A DNA stretch of 64,000 bases from the NCBI GenBank assembly GCA_902598405.1, contig CACKBQ010000005.1, positions 3,013-67,012 on the forward strand, read 5' to 3'. Origin of the DNA: an uncultured Pelagibacteraceae bacterium (GTDB lineage Bacteria; Pseudomonadota; Alphaproteobacteria; Pelagibacterales; AG-422-B15). The position numbers were made by a program, and so were the translations under genes. Under the pieces are notes generated by a model. That model ran no database searches, had not been told where the DNA came from, and saw only the letters and a list, made by a program, of their open reading frames with translations. Shown here piece after piece: positions 58,705-64,000 of the stretch (the first letter of the stretch is position 1; each line of letters opens with the position of its first letter).

Positions 58705-59256
58705 TTATTTATTACGTCTCTTTAACATAAATTCTGCAAGGCCATCATAACCTTTCTCAATCATCATTTTCGCTGACGCAACATTTTGAACTTGATCAAG
58801 AGGCTTTATTTGGTGGGCAACAACCACGGTATTCATAAATTGTGCAGTAGAACAAATAGAGATAATTTCAGATATAACTTTTTCATCAAAACCATAATCT
58901 AAAATAGCAGTTACATCTTCTTCAGTGATTGAGTGAATATCTTCATTTACTTTATGGGATAATTTTAGAATTGGCTTATATTTCTCTTCTATTTGTGATT
59001 GTTCAATATCGTTCATAAAATCTTGATCATTTTTGTCTCTCAAAATTTTCTTTGATATTTCAGCATGAATATTCTTGCAGTACCCACAACCATTTAATCC
59101 TGAGACATAGGCAAAAATCATTTCTTTAATATGTGTTGGTAAAAGTGTTTCTTGTCTCATTAAAGACTCTAAATAAGCCACAAAATGGTTCTGATAGCCC
59201 CAATTATCTAAAAAGACATCGTATACTGATTTATATTTACTTAAAAAATTACTCAT
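58705..59256 (-). CDS. Carboxymuconolactone decarboxylase/AhpD-like peroxidase-related protein
   Basis: 183 aa with a C-x-x-C motif in the context 'VSGLNGCGYCKNIHAE'. Confidence 0.7.
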   Translation of the reverse strand: MSNFLSKYKSVYDVFLDNWGYQNHFVAYLESLMRQETLLPTHIKEMIFAYVSGLNGCGYCKNIHAEISKKILRDKNDQDFMNDIEQSQIEEKYKPILKLSHKVNEDIHSITEEDVTAILDYGFDEKVISEIISICSTAQFMNTVVVAHQIKPLDQVQNVASAKMMIEKGYDGLAEFMLKRRNK

Positions 59257-59271
59257 TTTTTTAATCCTAAT

Positions 59272-59346
59272 TGGCTGGGGCGGGAGGATTCGAACCTCCG
59301 AATGCCGCTACCAAAAAGCGGTGCCTTACCGCTTGGCCACGCCCCA
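59272..59346 (-). tRNA. tRNA-Gln (UUG)
   Basis: The reverse complement is TGGGGCGTGGCCAAGCGGTAAGGCACCGCTTTTTGGTAGCGGCATTCGGAGGTTCGAATCCTCCCGCCCCAGCCA. It has acceptor TGGGGCG/CGCCCCA, anticodon stem CCGCT/AGCGG with loop TTTTGGT (anticodon TTG), and T arm GGAGG-TTCGAAT-CCTCC. It closely parallels E. coli tRNA-Gln. Confidence 0.9.
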
Positions 59347-59389
59347 ACACTATATAATTATTTAATTTAAGAAAAAGATTTTGCAATCT

Positions 59390-60223
59390 TTATATTAACC
59401 TCGTTAAATATGTCCACCAATTGGGGTGTTCTTCAGATATCCTCTTTATTGCTTCCTCCGCCTTTTGTTTATCTTCATAAACAGTAAAATATGCAGAGCC
59501 ACTGCCTGTCATTCGTTCATACTTACAATTTATATCATTATTTAAATATTCTCTTATTTTTTTCATTTCTTGATTAGCAAGAAGTGCTGTTTTTTCCAAT
59601 TCATTTGATGTATTTTTTAAAATTCCATCTAAGTTAGTATCTTTATTGTATGAGAATTTTTCTCCACTTAAATTAGAATGTTTATTAAAAATTTCCTTAG
59701 TACTATTTTGAACATTTGGAAATACAATTAGAAAATGCTTATCTGAATTGATTTTAAACCTTTGATCAACATTCCCTTTTCCAGAAATCAGTGCAGATCC
59801 CTCATCAATAAAAAATTCAATGTCTGACCCAAGATCTCTTGCAATTTCAGTTGAGCTTGAATTATCTAACAAATTGGATCTTATTAAATATTTAATTATT
59901 TCTGCGACATTTGATGAACCGCCACCTAAACCCGATCCCACTGGTATATTTTTTACAACTTGAATAGCAAATGATTTCTGCTTTAAATAATTCTTATCAA
60001 TTAAATAATTAAATAATTTAGAAATATGATCATTGGATCCCACTTGGTCTCCAAAAGGGCCATTATATGAGATACTAAATGAGCTTTCATCTTTTATTCT
60101 AATCTCATCATAAAGATCAATCCTTGATAACACTGAGTTTAATTCGTGAAAACCAGTATCAAGTTTGTCTACTACATTTAAGAAAAGATTTATTTTTGCG
60201 TAGGATTTTATAGTATTCAACAA
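59390..60223 (-). CDS. ispE: 4-diphosphocytidyl-2-C-methyl-D-erythritol kinase
   Basis: 277 aa with 'AKINLFLNV' and the GHMP motif 'PVGSGLGGGSSNVA'. Confidence 0.9.
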   Translation of the reverse strand: MLNTIKSYAKINLFLNVVDKLDTGFHELNSVLSRIDLYDEIRIKDESSFSISYNGPFGDQVGSNDHISKLFNYLIDKNYLKQKSFAIQVVKNIPVGSGLGGGSSNVAEIIKYLIRSNLLDNSSSTEIARDLGSDIEFFIDEGSALISGKGNVDQRFKINSDKHFLIVFPNVQNSTKEIFNKHSNLSGEKFSYNKDTNLDGILKNTSNELEKTALLANQEMKKIREYLNNDINCKYERMTGSGSAYFTVYEDKQKAEEAIKRISEEHPNWWTYLTRLI

Positions 60224-60228
60224 CGTAC

Positions 60229-61887
60229 TTAGATTCCTTTAAGTAGTTTGATTTTAACTTTATCCTCAAATATATTTTCCTGATCTAAATCTATGGCTTT
60301 CTGCCAATAAAAACGTGCTTCAAGTTCATTTCCCAGCTTCCAGAGCACATCACCATAATGATCATTTACAGTTGGATCGTATGGCATCATATCTAAAGAA
60401 AACTCCAACAAAGATAGAGCTTCATTATACTTACCAACTTTAAAATAATACCATGCAAGGCTATCAACTATGTATGGATCGTTTGGTTTCAATTCCATTG
60501 CTTGTTCTATCATAACTTTAGCCTCGGATATATTTTGGTCCATATCGATATAAGAATATCCTAAATAATTGAGAACATCTGCTTGATCTTCAGATAGTTT
60601 CAATGATCTTTTTAAATTCTTTTCAGCTAACTTCCAATTTTTAGAACGTTCATGAACAATTCCAATATTAAAGTAAACTTCCCAAATGTTTTCTTTATCA
60701 AATTTTTTACCAAGCTTTAATGCATGATCATAGTTATCAATTGCATCAGACCAATTCTTCTCATAGCGGTGATAATTTCCTAGTGAAAGGTAAGCTTCAA
60801 AGCTATCATCAACCTCCACAAAGGTATTTAAATTTTGAATTGCTTTTTCATTGTTGCCCTCGTAGCTATATGCATCTGAAATTTGAATTGCGGCAAAATT
60901 ACCGAGATAATGCTTCTTTGGAATATAACTCAGCACCTCTCTTGCTTTATCATGATTTTCCAACTGATTAAGAAAAGAGGCAAATATATACTTGATCTCA
61001 TGTAAATTAGGAGAGGTGTCAATTGCTAGTTGATATAACATATGTGCGAGTTCTTCATTTAAATCCTCAATCAAAAGCTGTGAATTAAATAAAACCACTC
61101 CTATTCCTTGAAGAGGGTTTTGAATAATCCTATTTTTATTTGAAGTTAAAAATTTATTTTGAAATTCTTCATCATATGAAGACAAAAACTCATCTGCAAA
61201 AGCATCTTTCTTCTCAGTCAAATTATTTCGATGTAGAAAATTATAATATAGACGTAAAACGTATAAATCTCTTTGTATTGATAAAGATTGGTCATAAAAA
61301 ACCTCCGCTAATTCAATCTCATCAGCATAGTCATAAATTAGTGCTTTATGCACAAGTGTTAGGTGTTGATGTTCGCCTGTGGAAATTAAATCGATTAGCG
61401 CCATACTTTTATCTATTGTGTTACTATCGGCCCATACCCAAGCTCTAAGCAGTCGTACAAACGTGCTATCAGATAAATTCCCTCTCCAAATACTTGCAAA
61501 ACTTTGATCAGCAAAACCTGGCTTATAAGAGTTTAAGTAAGAAATCCCATTAACAAGATGACCTTGTGGTGATTGATTATTCTTACAACATGAATTCACA
61601 TTTTTATCACAGCCTGCTTTTGCAAGTTTGAAAGAGTAGTTATTTGCACTTAGCAAATCTCCATCCAAGATACTAAGCAACAACAGTCTATCTAAAGCAA
61701 GTAAATCGTTTGGATTCGATCTGTGCAGCCTTTGATAATATCTCTTAGTTGTGCTGTAGTCATTTGAGTCACTAGAAATTTTTGCAACCAAGTAATCGCC
61801 CACCTGAGGCGGAATAAATTGTGCTGCATGAAGATTAATGCTTGAGATGTTAAATATTAGTAAAAATATAATTGTTCTTATAAGCAT
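60229..61887 (-). CDS. Exported TPR-repeat protein
   Basis: It has multiple TPR units (e.g. 'YNEALSLLEFSL.M.P.DP.V.DHYGDVLWKLGNELEARFYWQKAIDLD'). I chose the ATG at 61887 (MLIRTIIFLLIFNISSINLHA, a signal peptide), which avoids overlap with ETF-QO. Confidence 0.7.
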   Translation of the reverse strand: MLIRTIIFLLIFNISSINLHAAQFIPPQVGDYLVAKISSDSNDYSTTKRYYQRLHRSNPNDLLALDRLLLLSILDGDLLSANNYSFKLAKAGCDKNVNSCCKNNQSPQGHLVNGISYLNSYKPGFADQSFASIWRGNLSDSTFVRLLRAWVWADSNTIDKSMALIDLISTGEHQHLTLVHKALIYDYADEIELAEVFYDQSLSIQRDLYVLRLYYNFLHRNNLTEKKDAFADEFLSSYDEEFQNKFLTSNKNRIIQNPLQGIGVVLFNSQLLIEDLNEELAHMLYQLAIDTSPNLHEIKYIFASFLNQLENHDKAREVLSYIPKKHYLGNFAAIQISDAYSYEGNNEKAIQNLNTFVEVDDSFEAYLSLGNYHRYEKNWSDAIDNYDHALKLGKKFDKENIWEVYFNIGIVHERSKNWKLAEKNLKRSLKLSEDQADVLNYLGYSYIDMDQNISEAKVMIEQAMELKPNDPYIVDSLAWYYFKVGKYNEALSLLEFSLDMMPYDPTVNDHYGDVLWKLGNELEARFYWQKAIDLDQENIFEDKVKIKLLKGI

Positions 61888-61898
61888 AGACTTATGCT

Positions 61899-62675
61899 TT
61901 ACATATTCGCATATTTTGGGCCACCGCCACCCTCTGGTGTTACCCAATTTATGTTTTGAGACGGTTCTTTAATATCGCATGTTTTGCAGTGTATGCAGTT
62001 CTGACTATTAATTACAAATTTTGGATCTGAACCATCATCATTTCTATGAACTTCATAGACACCTACTGGACAGTACCTTTGAGAAGGCTCATCAAACTTT
62101 TCCAACGTGTAACTAATTGGTAATTCTTTATCCTTCAATTGAAGGTGAACAGGTTGATTTTCAGTATGATAAGTTCCAGTAAGAAATACCGAACTAGCCC
62201 TATCAAAAGTTAAAACGCCATCTGGTTTTGGATAATTTATTTTTTTTGCTTCTTTTGCATCTTCTAACGTTTCATGATCAGCATGTTTATGCGATAGAGT
62301 AAAAGGAAGCTTTCCCATAAATAACCACTGATCGATTCCTGTAAGTAAAATACCAAGGATATTTCCAAACCTTGTAAAGAAAGGTTTAACATTCCTAGCA
62401 GATTTTAATTCGCTATAAACCCAACTCTTTTTGAATAAAGCCTCGTAACAAGATAGATCATTGGACTTGCCCGAAAGGAATTCATTAATAGTTTCAGCGG
62501 CAATCATTCCACTTTTCATGGCAGTATGAGTTCCTTTTATTTTTGGCATATTTAACGTACCGGCATCACAGCCAATTAATAATGCGCCAGGCATGTGCAT
62601 CTGAGGCAGACTTTGTATGCCACCCTCAATCAATGCTCTGGCACCATAGGAAACTCTTTTTCCGCCACTTAACAT
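61899..62675 (-). CDS. ETF-ubiquinone oxidoreductase, C-terminal fragment (4Fe-4S and ubiquinone domain)
   Basis: 258 aa with 'GGKRVSYGARALIEGG.QSLP' and the ferredoxin-like 'CPVGVYE...NCIHCKTCDIKEP'. It continues the upstream ORF in the -1 frame. Confidence 0.85.
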   Translation of the reverse strand: MLSGGKRVSYGARALIEGGIQSLPQMHMPGALLIGCDAGTLNMPKIKGTHTAMKSGMIAAETINEFLSGKSNDLSCYEALFKKSWVYSELKSARNVKPFFTRFGNILGILLTGIDQWLFMGKLPFTLSHKHADHETLEDAKEAKKINYPKPDGVLTFDRASSVFLTGTYHTENQPVHLQLKDKELPISYTLEKFDEPSQRYCPVGVYEVHRNDDGSDPKFVINSQNCIHCKTCDIKEPSQNINWVTPEGGGGPKYANM

Positions 62676-63544
62676 TTTTTTATTGCAGGATGTGTTTTAA
62701 ACCTTTGAAACTCTTCAAAAGGTGACAAATACGGGTTCTTATAATCAAGTCCAACTACATACCCCAAAAATATTTGATTATTTTCTGCATGGTAAACAAA
62801 ACTCCCTCCATAAGTTTTATTGTCTAAGGGCCAACCGGTTGAATGAAAGACTAAGCCTTCATCATGATTTTCTTCAGGTACCTCCCATATTTCTTTCAAA
62901 CCAATTCCGTACTGTTGTGGGTCTGAATTTTTTGCGAGTTCAAACTTCTCTATTAATTGCTTACCTAAATGGCCTCTACACCCTTCAGCAAATACTGTTG
63001 TTTTTGCGTGTAGCTCAATACCAGGCTCATAGGAATCTTTTTTTTCACTATTTACGTCCAGTCCCATGTCATTTGTGGCCACGCCTCTTACTTTTCCATC
63101 TTCATCATACAAAATTTCAGAAGCTGCAAAACCAGGATATATTTCAACTCCTAAGTTTTCAGCGATTTGTCCAAGCCATCTACACATATTCGCAAGGCTA
63201 GCAATGTAGTTTCCTTTATTATGTTGAACAGGTGGTAATAAAAACGAGGGAACAGTAAAGTGAGACTTTTCAAAAAGAAATAAAAACTTTTCTTTTGTAA
63301 CTTTTGTTTTCAGAGGACAGCCGTCTAGAGTTTTCCAATCTGGAAGTAGCTCATCAAGAGCTCTTGTTTCAAATACATTTCCACTTAATATATGAGCGCC
63401 AACCTCAGATGCTTTCTCTACAATGCAGACATTAATTTCCGGGTTTATTTGCTTGAGTTTTATCGCGGTTGAAAGGCCCGAGGGACCTGCACCCACGATT
63501 ACAACATCGTACTCCATTGATTCTCTTTGCTGAATAGTATCCAT
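62669..63544 (-). CDS. ETF-ubiquinone oxidoreductase, N-terminal fragment (FAD domain)
   Basis: 291 aa with 'YDVVIVGAGPSGLSTAIKL'. It ends '...FQRFKTHPAIKKC*', where intact homologues continue with '...GGKR.AYGARAL'. Confidence 0.85.
   Translation of the reverse strand: MDTIQQRESMEYDVVIVGAGPSGLSTAIKLKQINPEINVCIVEKASEVGAHILSGNVFETRALDELLPDWKTLDGCPLKTKVTKEKFLFLFEKSHFTVPSFLLPPVQHNKGNYIASLANMCRWLGQIAENLGVEIYPGFAASEILYDEDGKVRGVATNDMGLDVNSEKKDSYEPGIELHAKTTVFAEGCRGHLGKQLIEKFELAKNSDPQQYGIGLKEIWEVPEENHDEGLVFHSTGWPLDNKTYGGSFVYHAENNQIFLGYVVGLDYKNPYLSPFEEFQRFKTHPAIKKC
62675..62681 (-). other. A7 homopolymer (A_AAA_AAA) at the ETF-QO frame junction
   Basis: The minus strand reads CAT CCT GCA ATA AAA AAA TGT TAA. 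Reading one A twice (or an A8 run) gives ...HPAIKK-MLSGGKRVSYG..., which joins the two fragments seamlessly. Confidence 0.8.
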
Positions 63545-63590
63545 TATTAACTATATATTTAGTTTATAGGTATTATAATTCAATTTGTTT

Positions 63591-64000
63591 ATGACCAACG
63601 CAAAAGTTCAAAACACACTGAAGCAGCTCAACCAATTAAAGATGAGTGGGGTGAATGAAAACATTGGAAATAAGCCAAAAAATCGCTACGGAAATAAAAA
63701 ATCATCGAAATCAAAAACTAGTGACAGCTCTATATCTGTTAATAACTCATCGATTGAAGATCAAAAAACTATCAACTCACTAGAATCATTAGATTCATTA
63801 AAAGACTTCATGGCAAATTATGACAAATGTAAGCTTCATGAAAGTGCTACAAATATGGTGTTTTCTGATGGAAACCCAAAATCAGAAATTATGCTTATTG
63901 GTGAAGCTCCTGGCCATGATGAGGATATTCAAGGAAAACCCTTTGTTGGTAGAAGCGGCAAACTCTTAGATAAAATGCTTGAGGCAATAAACCTTAATCG
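63591..64000 (+). CDS. Family 4 uracil-DNA glycosylase; the 3' end lies outside the window
   Basis: My own translation from the ATG at 63591 gives [13 protein letters not shown]...[57 protein letters not shown]. It carries the family-4 UDG motif 'GEAPG..ED..G.PFVG..G.LL'. The ORF is open to the window edge. Confidence 0.85.
   Translation, partial: MTNAKVQNTLKQLNQLKMSGVNENIGNKPKNRYGNKKSSKSKTSDSSISVNNSSIEDQKTINSLESLDSLKDFMANYDKCKLHESATNMVFSDGNPKSEIMLIGEAPGHDEDIQGKPFVGRSGKLLDKMLEAINLN

Overview
This is an AT-rich, very gene-dense alphaproteobacterial chromosome segment. By my tally about 2.3 kb of the 64 kb is non-coding, and many neighbouring genes abut or overlap by 1-4 nt. Gene content and packing suggest a streamlined marine Pelagibacterales (SAR11)-type genome; that assignment is inference only.

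Most of the window is core housekeeping:
- rpoD-dnaG, carAB, trxB, an aspartate aminotransferase
- one tightly coupled plus-strand array: uvrB, Ca2+/cation antiporter, SDR, folB, uvrC, pgsA
- ilvE, a MarR regulator with an OmpR/EnvZ-type two-component system, proC, lgt, prs
- rplY-pth-ychF, gpt with a purine permease, petABC, trmL, hemF, greA, cca, a NUDIX hydrolase, DUF1285, crcB, ispE and ETF-QO
- two tRNAs: CAT anticodon and Gln-UUG

The one clearly accessory stretch is about 12-18 kb. An intact tRNA(CAT) is followed by two more copies of its 3' half. These bracket two single-gene cassettes, a Cys-rich internally duplicated lipoprotein and a TylF-type methyltransferase, with no integrase present. 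Next to them sit exported or light-related genes: an FG-GAP/ASPIC protein, a Cys-rich secreted protein coupled to a photolyase-family gene, and an ABM protein.

Other points worth a second look are an ETF-QO gene split exactly at an A7 run (a canonical A_AAA_AAA slippery heptamer) and a translationally coupled transporter / mini-membrane ORF / GST / unknown 440-aa protein array.

I found no CRISPR array, integrase, transposase, toxin-antitoxin pair or recognisable defence system. I cannot claim a demonstrably novel system, only the candidates listed in the findings.
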